A program made the translations under genes and the position numbers. A stretch of 6,377 nucleotides of DNA from a virus (Duplodnaviria; Heunggongvirae; Uroviricota; Caudoviricetes). The notes beneath the pieces were generated by a model that did not search any database, was not told where the DNA came from, and worked only from the letters and a program-made list of their open reading frames with translations. Location: IMG/VR virus record IMGVR_UViG_2585427784_000007, positions 1 through 6,377 of that record; one strand, given 5' to 3'. Shown piece after piece: positions 1-6,164 of this stretch (its first letter is position 1; the number at the start of each line of letters is the position of its first letter).

Positions 1-483
1 ATGACGAAGAAAAAAGCACATAAACCTGGTTCAGCGCCCACCGCGCTTAACAAGCGCCCCCGTCACGAATACTTTATCGAAGAAGAGTTCGAAGCGGGAC
101 TTGCCCTGCAAGGCTGGGAAGTTAAATCCCTGCGCGCAGGAAAAGCCAATATCAGCGACAGCTATGTCCTTCTGCGTGACGGAGAAGCGTTCCTGTTTGG
201 CGCAAACATCACGCCAATGGCAGTGGCCTCCACGCATGTGGTGTGCGATCCTACCCGTACCCGCAAGTTACTTCTCAACCAGCGCGAACTGGACTCATTG
301 TACGGTCGCGTCAATCGAGAAGGCTATACCGTAGTGGCGCTCTCCCTGTACTGGAAAAATGCCTGGTGCAAAGTGAAAATCGGCGTCGCCAAAGGTAAGA
401 AACAGCACGATAAACGTTCAGATATCAAAGAGCGCGAATGGCAGGTGGATAAAGCGCGTATCATGAAAAACGCCCACCGTTAA
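1..483 (+). CDS. smpB: SsrA-binding protein SmpB (trans-translation factor)
   Basis: 160-aa ORF from ATG at 1 to TAA at 481..483. The translation is near-identical to enterobacterial SmpB as I recall it ([11 protein letters not shown]..., C-terminal basic tail ...[11 protein letters not shown]). The tmRNA gene follows directly, which is the conserved synteny. Confidence 0.97.
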   Translation: MTKKKAHKPGSAPTALNKRPRHEYFIEEEFEAGLALQGWEVKSLRAGKANISDSYVLLRDGEAFLFGANITPMAVASTHVVCDPTRTRKLLLNQRELDSLYGRVNREGYTVVALSLYWKNAWCKVKIGVAKGKKQHDKRSDIKEREWQVDKARIMKNAHR

Positions 484-677
484 ACCTGCACTCCAATTAT
501 TGACCAGTTCCTCACCGCGCCTCCCTCTCCGGCGGCGCGAATGAACATCTTATTGGCTATCACATCCGACACAAATGTTGCCATCCCATTGCTTAATCGA
601 ATAAAAATCAGGCTACATGGGTGCTAAATCTTTAACGATAACGCCATTGAGGCTGGTCATGGCGCTCATAAATCTGG

Positions 678-683
678 TATACT
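678..683 (+). promoter_or_regulatory. Candidate ssrA promoter -10 element (TATACT, with upstream TG giving an extended -10, TGgTATACT)
   Basis: TATACT sits 14 nt upstream of the mature tmRNA 5' end at 698. That spacing fits a transcription start about 7 nt upstream of the mature end, as known for the E. coli tmRNA precursor. No convincing -35 was found. Confidence 0.45.
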
Positions 684-697
684 TACCTTTACACATT

Positions 698-1060
698 GGG
701 GCTGATTCTGGATTCGACGGGATTTGCGAAACCCAAGGTGCATGCCGAGGGGCGGTTGGCCTCGTAAAAAGCCGCAAAAAATAGTCGCAAACGACGAAAA
801 CTACGCTTTAGCAGCTTAATAACCTGCTTAGAGCCCTCTCTCCCTAGCCTCCGCTCTTAGGACGGGGATCAAGAGAGGTCAAACCCAAAAGAGATCGCGT
901 GGAAGCCCTGCCTGGGGTTGAAGCGTTAAAACTTAATCAGGCTAGTTTGTTAGTGGCGTGTCCGTCCGCAGCTGGCAAGCGAATGTAAAGACTGACTAAG
1001 CATGTAGTACCGAGGATGTAGGAATTTCGGACGCGGGTTCAACTCCCGCCAGCTCCACCA
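698..1060 (+). ncRNA. ssrA: tmRNA (transfer-messenger RNA, SsrA / 10Sa RNA)
   Basis: Begins GGGGCTGATTCTGGATTCGACGGG (acceptor stem 5' half) and ends ...GGGTTCAACTCCCGCCAGCTCCACCA (T-arm, acceptor 3' half, encoded CCA). Length is 363 nt, matching E. coli-type tmRNA. It contains the tag reading frame and lies directly downstream of smpB. Confidence 0.96.
787..819 (+). other. tmRNA mRNA-like domain: tag-peptide reading frame encoding ANDENYALAA, then stop
   Basis: GCA AAC GAC GAA AAC TAC GCT TTA GCA GCT TAA read from resume codon GCA at 787. This is the canonical enterobacterial proteolysis tag. Confidence 0.92.
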
Positions 1061-1190
1061 ATCATGATTGGACGGTGTAAGGACAACACCAACAAAAACA
1101 GGAAGTTAGCAGTCTCAGCAGGACACCGACCAGACGGTGAGGAGACAAAAAAGGATACGCAAAGGAGCCGCGGCTCTCAAGTGTGAAAGA

Positions 1191-1216
1191 AGCCCGCAAA
1201 TTGCGGGCTTTTTTAT
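1191..1216 (+). terminator. Rho-independent terminator-like hairpin (AGCCCGCAA / TTGCGGGCT stem followed by TTTTTT)
   Basis: Perfect 9-bp GC-rich inverted repeat with a short loop, followed by a T-tract at 1210..1215. Located about 130 nt after the tmRNA 3' end and about 55 nt before the next ORF. Confidence 0.6.
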
Positions 1217-1269
1217 TGATCAGTCAACAATAAACAGTAACCGAATGAGAATTTAATAAGGATATTCAT

Positions 1270-2301
1270 ATGGAAGCTACTGTGGATTCGATTGATTTTC
1301 TGATCCGTAGTGAAGATGATTTTCTAAACTTTCTGGAAGAAATGAAAGCCCGAGAGGGGCTTGATTCTAAAGAGTTTATTTTCCCTAACGTAAAGTTTGC
1401 AGGCTGGCCATCCTTAGACATAAATGTTAAAGGAGAGCGGTATCATTCATCAATTACATCAGCAATGTTGTTTGGTATGTCAATGCTCAACGAGGAGATA
1501 CAGCGGGCGTTTGCAACCATACGATACGGATCGCAGAATCTTCAACGCTTGACTAATGAAGACAAGCAACGACTTGATATAAATTTTAAAATTAGCGAAG
1601 GTTCTAGTGATGCGGAAGGCACCACTGACAAGATCATCAACGCAGTAACTGATTTTTTGCGAGATACTATGTCTGGACTGAACGGCTGGCAGAAAATGCT
1701 TGTTATAATCACAATGGTTGGCGCGGCCAGCACATGTGGTTATCACTACATTTCAGAAAATGCCGTAACAGAAAGACATGCAACTGATCGACAGGTTGAA
1801 ATTGCAAAAACCACATCCGATGGCATAAACAAAGCCATAGAAGCAACATTAGATTATAAAATCAATGGGAAATCAGCGATTAGCGATAAAGTTACTAGTC
1901 ACGGACAAGCAGGTAAAAGTGCTTTAGTGAAGCAATTAGCTGCTGATCCTACTGTCGAAACCGTGACTTTAGGAAATGAGAAACTAACACGACAAGACCT
2001 AAATACCTACAACAGCCGACAATCTGTAGATAGAGAACGTAAAGAACGAACTGATATATTTTCCATCAAAGGTGTAACCAGAACAGGGCCAACAAATCAG
2101 GATATTAATATTAACGTTGTTAGGGTCTCTAATGACGAATGCTTCACAATCAAAGCTTCAGCTGATGTTATCACCCAAGATGAGTTGACAGCTATTGTTG
2201 ACGCTTTGTCAAACAACTCTCATATTAAAATCAGTTACTTAGAGGTAATTGAAAAGGGTGCTGTTTCTATAGGTCAGTTCAACACTATTGTTTCAGAATA
2301 A
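1270..2301 (+). CDS. Hypothetical protein, 343 aa, with a central moderately hydrophobic segment (residues ~143-161, nt ~1696..1752); function unknown
   Basis: Long uninterrupted ORF with ATG at 1270 preceded by AAGGA (1258..1262) at 7-nt spacing. The gene is visibly AT-rich compared with smpB/ssrA. I recognise no catalytic or nucleotide-binding motif; GQAGKS is not a Walker A motif because the glycine spacing is wrong. Confidence 0.8.
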   Translation: MEATVDSIDFLIRSEDDFLNFLEEMKAREGLDSKEFIFPNVKFAGWPSLDINVKGERYHSSITSAMLFGMSMLNEEIQRAFATIRYGSQNLQRLTNEDKQRLDINFKISEGSSDAEGTTDKIINAVTDFLRDTMSGLNGWQKMLVIITMVGAASTCGYHYISENAVTERHATDRQVEIAKTTSDGINKAIEATLDYKINGKSAISDKVTSHGQAGKSALVKQLAADPTVETVTLGNEKLTRQDLNTYNSRQSVDRERKERTDIFSIKGVTRTGPTNQDININVVRVSNDECFTIKASADVITQDELTAIVDALSNNSHIKISYLEVIEKGAVSIGQFNTIVSE

Positions 2302-2352
2302 TCACTTAACCCCATTTATGTCGGTTGAGGTTATAAGTCACGGAGACCAGAT

Positions 2353-2697
2353 ATGTCCTTAAAGTATGCACATGAAAAATTTCATACTGCAGTACTTACT
2401 CTTGCGGGCCATGGAAGTATTCAAGAACGCTTGATTAATTCGTATGTTTTTAGCCTTGGGCATCTTAAAACAGCCGATGATATTCCAAATGCCTTACAAA
2501 GCAGGTTCGATGAATTATGTAAGGAACTGACTAAGTTTGATGCCACTGGCGATGAGGGGCGAGTTCAAGCAACAGTATCAAAACTTAACGATTTCGAGAT
2601 CAATAAACTGATCGAAGATATTGTCAGTCTTAACGATGATATTTGCATGAAATTGGCTCTGACGGATGAGACTTACCAAGACATACACCAAAGTTAA
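2353..2697 (+). CDS. Hypothetical small protein, 114 aa, probably co-transcribed with the upstream 343-aa gene; function unknown
   Basis: ATG at 2353 preceded by GGAG (2342..2345) at 7-nt spacing. It starts 51 nt after the upstream stop on the same strand, has similar AT-rich composition, and is followed by a hairpin terminator. Confidence 0.75.
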   Translation: MSLKYAHEKFHTAVLTLAGHGSIQERLINSYVFSLGHLKTADDIPNALQSRFDELCKELTKFDATGDEGRVQATVSKLNDFEINKLIEDIVSLNDDICMKLALTDETYQDIHQS

Positions 2698-2724
2698 TTG
2701 ATTAAATTCAAAAAGTTAACGTTC

Positions 2725-2747
2725 AACCAGCCAGTTTTTGGCTGGTT
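2725..2747. terminator. Hairpin (AACCAGCCA-GTTTT-TGGCTGGTT) between convergent genes; likely terminator for the 2-gene cassette and possibly for the convergent 70-aa gene
   Basis: Perfect 9-bp stem with a 5-nt loop, followed on the + strand by a T-rich run (TATTGTCTT). It sits between the cassette stop at 2697 and the minus-strand stop at 2782. Confidence 0.55.
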
Positions 2748-2781
2748 TATTGTCTTATAATATTCTTGCTCGAATGATGCA

Positions 2782-2994
2782 CTATTTATGATGTAATCCG
2801 GACATCAGTTCATGGACAAGATTATCTCTTTCATTGTGTTGCAACCGTAAATGCATAGCAAAAAGGTGAGCACTATCCTCATTCCTCTTCAAGCCATGCT
2901 GTTCAAGATACCCGAAAAAACGGCTTCTCTTATCCGCTATTTCCTGAGTCTGACGTGCAACATTTACCAAATTTTCTAGCGTTTTTCTTGGCAT
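2782..2994 (-). CDS. Hypothetical small protein, 70 aa (copy 1 of 2, identical)
   Basis: ORF with ATG at 2994 on the minus strand. The identical plus-strand copy has a strong AGGAGG Shine-Dalgarno at 7-nt spacing. AT-rich. No family recognised. Confidence 0.7.
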   Translation of the reverse strand: MPRKTLENLVNVARQTQEIADKRSRFFGYLEQHGLKRNEDSAHLFAMHLRLQHNERDNLVHELMSGLHHK

Positions 2995-3192
2995 ACTATT
3001 TCCTCCTGAAATTGTTGTAATTCACTAGGATATTCATTTTAATTTGTATCATTTAGTACCAAAACCGCTATCAATTAACAAAGCCATCGTTGTGGTTTAC
3101 CTTGCAGCCGTTTTTTGTCATTGACTCTATGTGAAAATAATGAATCATCATGAGATTGGCTCACACGTTCTTGAATTCGACGAGCTGTGTCT

Positions 3193-3747
3193 TTATTTAT
3201 CTCCTGCCGGAAACCTCTGATACAAAGTCGATACGCCAACATCATAGATAATCGCAACTTTCTGGCGCGGAACTCCTGATGCAATTAATCGTCCGGCTTG
3301 TGCCCATTGTTCTGGTGTAAGTTTGGGACGACGTCCACCAATTCGTCCCTGTGCGCGAGCAGCTTCCAGTCCAGCTTTTGTTCGTTCAACAATCAGTTCT
3401 CGTTCCATTTCAGCCAGGGCCCCCATCACATGAAAGAAAAAGCGCCCCATTGGGGTACTGGTATCAATTGAATCCGTCAGACTACGAAAGTTGATGCCTC
3501 GTTCGCGCAACTCCTCCACCAGCACGACAAGATGCCGCATACTGCGCCCCAGTCGGTCCAGTTTCCAGACCACCAGCGTATCGCCTGCCGATAATGTCCT
3601 GAGCAGTTTTTTCAGTCCCGGCCTTTCGGACTTTGTACCGCTTATCTTGTCTTCAAAAATCAGCTCGCATCCTGCACAGTTCAGCGCATTACGTTGTAGA
3701 TCTGTGTTCTGGTCATTTGTTGACACACGTACATAGCCAATAAGCAT
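3193..3747 (-). CDS. Site-specific DNA invertase, serine recombinase of the Gin/Pin/Cin/Hin family (copy 1 of 2, identical), 184 aa
   Basis: Translation begins MLIGYVRVSTNDQNTDLQRNAL..., containing the catalytic-serine motif YVRVSTxDQ. It also has the conserved TLVVWKLDRLGRS and SLTDSIDTSTPMGRFFFHVMGALAEMERELIVERT blocks and a C-terminal helix-turn-helix (VSTLYQRF). Size and sequence are closely similar to Mu Gin / e14 Pin as recalled. GGAG lies 7 nt before the ATG. The longer ORF from 3783 is a spurious upstream extension. Confidence 0.94.
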   Translation of the reverse strand: MLIGYVRVSTNDQNTDLQRNALNCAGCELIFEDKISGTKSERPGLKKLLRTLSAGDTLVVWKLDRLGRSMRHLVVLVEELRERGINFRSLTDSIDTSTPMGRFFFHVMGALAEMERELIVERTKAGLEAARAQGRIGGRRPKLTPEQWAQAGRLIASGVPRQKVAIIYDVGVSTLYQRFPAGDK

Positions 3748-3773
3748 GGTAGATCTCCCTGACAAAAGCAGGA

Positions 3774-4181
3774 ATGATGCCATCTGCTCGTTATTTCTGC
3801 ATTTTCATAAACGTTGGTTTGGGAGAAGCGGCAAAAAGGAATGTGGGTAACGGGCAAAACCAAATTCCGGATATGGCGGCGTTTGCCAGTTCACTTTCAT
3901 CAACGGGTTTTCAAAAACTCCCTTCAGGTCTGATTATTCAGTGGGGTATAGTCAGTGGAGCATCAAACTATACGGTGACTTACCCGGTAACATTCCCAAG
4001 TCGTTCACTTGCGCTGTTGGCTGTACCACATACAACGTCGGTGGCGGGTATATCTGCAATGGGCATAGCGAACTGTTCTGATATCAGCAAATCACAGTTC
4101 TATATAATTGTTGGCGGTATATCTCAGGGAGAAATTGTCAAATATGAAAGGTCCTGTTTTTGGGTAGCAATCGGTGTATAG
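3774..4181 (+). CDS. Tail-fibre C-terminal variable (receptor-binding) domain cassette, Sv-like, 135 aa; 5'-truncated with no constant N-terminal tail-fibre region
   Basis: Contains the IIQWG motif and ends ...AIGV, as in tail-fibre C-termini of the Mu/P2/lambda-stf type. The first 18 codons (MMPSARYFCIFINVGLGE) lie inside the repeat and crossover site and are shared with the opposite cassette. An in-frame stop at 3750..3752 and the divergent invertase gene lie directly upstream. AGGA is immediately adjacent to the ATG, so independent translation is doubtful. Confidence 0.7.
   Translation: MMPSARYFCIFINVGLGEAAKRNVGNGQNQIPDMAAFASSLSSTGFQKLPSGLIIQWGIVSGASNYTVTYPVTFPSRSLALLAVPHTTSVAGISAMGIANCSDISKSQFYIIVGGISQGEIVKYERSCFWVAIGV
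3802..3827. other. 26-bp gix/hix/cix-like recombination crossover site (left): TTTTCATAAACG-TT-GGTTTGGGAGAA
   Basis: Imperfect dyad with two 12-bp half-sites around a central TT dinucleotide. It matches the recalled gix (TTCCTGTAAACC GA GGTTTTGGATAA) and hixL sites in the AAAC / GGTTT core. It sits exactly at the inner end of the long inverted repeat, 55 bp upstream of the invertase start. Confidence 0.75.
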
Positions 4182-4189
4182 GTATCTCT

Positions 4190-4585
4190 ATGATTTATTT
4201 CTCAAAATCGACTAATGGTTTTTTCTTTGATGGTATAAACAGCGACATGCCTGCTGACATTGTTGAGATAAGTACAGACTTATACAATGAATTAATTGCC
4301 GGACAGCAGGAAGGGGGTAAATTAATCACGTCAGATGAAAATGGTTTACCGGTACTGAAATCTCCGGCGATTGATTATGTCGCACGTGCTGAAAATCAGC
4401 GAATGCAGTTACTTGCTCATGCCGATAATGTCACAGCTGACTGGCGGGTGGAATTAATGCTTGGTGATATCAGCAGTACAGATAAAGAAAAACTATCTGC
4501 CTGGATGGACTACAAAAAAGAAGTAAAAGCCGTCGACACTTCGACGGCTCCTGAGATTAGCTGGCCTGAGTTACCGGAGGTGTAG
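4190..4585 (+). CDS. Tail fibre assembly protein (Tfa/U-like chaperone), about 131 aa
   Basis: N-terminus MIYFSKSTNGFFFDG... and C-terminal VDTSTAPEISWPELP motif are typical of the phage Tfa family. The ATG at 4190 is 9 nt after the Sv stop. The track ORF starts at a TTG at 4160, which I judge a less likely start. Confidence 0.85.
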   Translation: MIYFSKSTNGFFFDGINSDMPADIVEISTDLYNELIAGQQEGGKLITSDENGLPVLKSPAIDYVARAENQRMQLLAHADNVTADWRVELMLGDISSTDKEKLSAWMDYKKEVKAVDTSTAPEISWPELPEV

Positions 4586-4994
4586 GCCATTCAATATCTG
4601 GAGCACTGGAGGTATCCACCAGTTCCAGTGCGTCCAGGTAATCCAGCCACAAATTATATTGCGCCAGTTCCTCACCTTTCAGACGACCAATAGCGGCTTT
4701 GCCAGGCCATTGCTTACTGTTCATGTATTCGTTGGCCTGATTAAGCAATAATTGCCTTTCTGATTCTGCCTGTTGAATAAGTTCTTCATGCGATGGTGGA
4801 GGTATTAGTGCCCATGTGGGTAATCCATTTTTTCCTGCAACACGAATTTTGTCATCTGGAGGCGTATTGACTGCAAATTCATTATAAACATCATCACTGA
4901 CAGCCAGAGCATCATCTGGCCATGAATTTGCATTAATGTAATCATCCTTAAGTGCAGGATTCACAAAAATGTTTAAAGATGGACTATAAAACAT
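4557..4994 (-). CDS. Tail fibre assembly protein (Tfa/U'-like chaperone), 145 aa, second allele
   Basis: N-terminus MFYSPSLNIFVNP... and C-terminal VDTSSAPDIEWPTPP motif. The ATG at 4994 is 1 nt after the Sv' stop, with AGGGG 6-10 nt upstream. Its 3' end overlaps the convergent Tfa gene by 29 bp. Confidence 0.85.
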   Translation of the reverse strand: MFYSPSLNIFVNPALKDDYINANSWPDDALAVSDDVYNEFAVNTPPDDKIRVAGKNGLPTWALIPPPSHEELIQQAESERQLLLNQANEYMNSKQWPGKAAIGRLKGEELAQYNLWLDYLDALELVDTSSAPDIEWPTPPVTQAS

Positions 4995-4995
4995 A

Positions 4996-5385
4996 TTACA
5001 CCCCTATAGCGATATAACGACCTAATACAGCGTTTGCAGCAGTCGCTATGCTTGAAAAACCGCGGAACTGATTTGATGTAATTGCAGAAGCCGACAGGAT
5101 TCCTGCGCCTGAAGGTGTATGCCCCACATGACTAACTATCATTCCATAACATGCTGACGGAAAGGCAAAAGGAAAATCATTAAGATATCCGGCATCTTCA
5201 CCACCAGACCCACCAAATCTCGCCTGCCCCCACTGAATAATCAGTGTTCTCCGGGAACCTGAAATAATTAACGGAATCGTTACATACCCATTCAGACCAA
5301 TGACACCCGATGCAGTGCCAGCCAGAGATAATTCTCCCAAACCAACGTTTATGAAAATGCAGAAATAACGAGCAGATGGCATCAT
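4996..5385 (-). CDS. Tail-fibre C-terminal variable (receptor-binding) domain cassette, Sv'-like, 129 aa; 5'-truncated with no constant N-terminal tail-fibre region
   Basis: Shares the crossover-encoded N-terminus MMPSARYFCIFINVGLGE with the opposite cassette, then diverges. Contains IIQWG, a glycine-rich stretch and a ...AIGV C-terminus. The divergent invertase gene lies directly upstream. Confidence 0.7.
   Translation of the reverse strand: MMPSARYFCIFINVGLGELSLAGTASGVIGLNGYVTIPLIISGSRRTLIIQWGQARFGGSGGEDAGYLNDFPFAFPSACYGMIVSHVGHTPSGAGILSASAITSNQFRGFSSIATAANAVLGRYIAIGV
5332..5357. other. 26-bp gix/hix/cix-like recombination crossover site (right), exact reverse complement of the left site
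   Basis: TTCTCCCAAACC-AA-CGTTTATGAAAA at the inner end of the right repeat arm, 55 bp upstream of the plus-strand invertase start. It is in inverted orientation relative to the left site, as required for inversion. Confidence 0.75.
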
Positions 5386-5411
5386 TCCTGCTTTTGTCAG
5401 GGAGATCTACC

Positions 5412-5966
5412 ATGCTTATTGGCTATGTACGTGTGTCAACAAATGACCAGAACACAGATCTACAACGTAATGCGCTGAACTGTGCAGGATGCGAGCTGAT
5501 TTTTGAAGACAAGATAAGCGGTACAAAGTCCGAAAGGCCGGGACTGAAAAAACTGCTCAGGACATTATCGGCAGGCGATACGCTGGTGGTCTGGAAACTG
5601 GACCGACTGGGGCGCAGTATGCGGCATCTTGTCGTGCTGGTGGAGGAGTTGCGCGAACGAGGCATCAACTTTCGTAGTCTGACGGATTCAATTGATACCA
5701 GTACCCCAATGGGGCGCTTTTTCTTTCATGTGATGGGGGCCCTGGCTGAAATGGAACGAGAACTGATTGTTGAACGAACAAAAGCTGGACTGGAAGCTGC
5801 TCGCGCACAGGGACGAATTGGTGGACGTCGTCCCAAACTTACACCAGAACAATGGGCACAAGCCGGACGATTAATTGCATCAGGAGTTCCGCGCCAGAAA
5901 GTTGCGATTATCTATGATGTTGGCGTATCGACTTTGTATCAGAGGTTTCCGGCAGGAGATAAATAA
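5412..5966 (+). CDS. Site-specific DNA invertase, serine recombinase of the Gin/Pin/Cin/Hin family (copy 2 of 2, identical), 184 aa
   Basis: Identical translation to the minus-strand copy at 3193..3747. GGAG at 5401..5404 lies 7 nt before the ATG at 5412. Catalytic serine motif and C-terminal helix-turn-helix as above. Confidence 0.94.
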   Translation: MLIGYVRVSTNDQNTDLQRNALNCAGCELIFEDKISGTKSERPGLKKLLRTLSAGDTLVVWKLDRLGRSMRHLVVLVEELRERGINFRSLTDSIDTSTPMGRFFFHVMGALAEMERELIVERTKAGLEAARAQGRIGGRRPKLTPEQWAQAGRLIASGVPRQKVAIIYDVGVSTLYQRFPAGDK

Positions 5967-6164
5967 AGACACAGCTCGTCGAATTCAAGAACGTGTGAGC
6001 CAATCTCATGATGATTCATTATTTTCACATAGAGTCAATGACAAAAAACGGCTGCAAGGTAAACCACAACGATGGCTTTGTTAATTGATAGCGGTTTTGG
6101 TACTAAATGATACAAATTAAAATGAATATCCTAGTGAATTACAACAATTTCAGGAGGAAATAGT

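Larger units (their letters stand above)
2782..3827. repeat. Left arm of a long perfect inverted repeat (at least 1046 bp); mirror of 5332..6377 under x -> 9159-x
   Basis: The minus-strand ORFs at 2782..2994 and 3193..3783 have identical translations to the plus-strand ORFs at 6165..6377 and 5376..5966. Nucleotide spot checks at 2782..2820, 2995..3074 and 3721..3783 match the reverse complement of the right arm exactly. The arms diverge at 3828 / 5331. The outer boundary is not determinable because the right arm runs to the window end. Confidence 0.92.
3814..5345. other. Predicted invertible DNA segment (about 1.5 kb) bounded by the two crossover dinucleotides; carries convergent Sv-Tfa and Tfa'-Sv' cassettes
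   Basis: Architecture matches the Mu G, P1 C and e14 P segments: two different tail-fibre C-terminal domains, each followed by its own tail-fibre assembly gene, arranged head to head. Gix-like sites are in inverted orientation at both ends and invertase genes lie adjacent. Confidence 0.7.

Noticed and set aside
31-334. Two ORFs (68 aa on the minus strand, 77 aa on the plus strand) overlapping smpB
   Set aside because: They are antisense or alternative-frame reads inside a well-recognised conserved gene. No independent support.
1064-1186. Small ATG-initiated ORF of about 40 codons starting 4 nt after the tmRNA CCA end
   Set aside because: No Shine-Dalgarno, it lies in the expected 3' trailer between tmRNA and the downstream hairpin, and the composition gives no coding signal. 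Most likely non-coding.
1480-1746. Minus-strand ORFs (88 aa and 63 aa) inside the 343-aa gene
   Set aside because: Antisense to a long ORF that has a good ribosome-binding site. They are the kind of chance ORF expected in AT-rich DNA.
1270-2697. Possibility that the 343-aa / 114-aa pair is RnlA-RnlB or LsoA-LsoB, a toxin-antitoxin known from the ssrA-linked CP4-57 prophage of E. coli K-12
   Set aside because: Gene sizes and order are similar, but the protein sequences do not resemble RnlA or RnlB as I recall them. I cannot confirm or exclude remote homology without a search, so it is left as unknown.
3075-3284. 69-aa ORF (mirror copy at 5875..6084) overlapping the invertase 3' end
   Set aside because: It starts at a TTG, has no ribosome-binding site, and overlaps the invertase in another frame. 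It appears twice only because it lies inside the inverted repeat.
3491-3736. 81-aa ORF antisense to the invertase (mirror copy at 5423..5668)
   Set aside because: Fully embedded antisense in a strongly supported conserved gene. Serine and arginine-rich low-complexity translation typical of a spurious frame.
3681-3863. 60-aa minus-strand ORF across the invertase start and crossover site, and a 71-aa minus-strand ORF at 5198..5413
   Set aside because: They overlap the annotated genes and recombination site in other frames, with no start context.
3774-4181. Reading the 135-aa and 129-aa tail-fibre ORFs as complete, independent tail-fibre genes
   Set aside because: They are far too short for a tail fibre and begin inside the crossover site with codons shared by both cassettes. 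They lack a properly spaced ribosome-binding site and have an in-frame stop just upstream. They are annotated as variable-domain cassettes instead.
6085-6125. Sigma70 promoter for the 70-aa gene (TTGATA at 6085..6090; TAAAAT at 6118..6123)
   Set aside because: The two hexamers are separated by 27 bp, and no alternative pairing gave acceptable spacing. Not confident enough to annotate.
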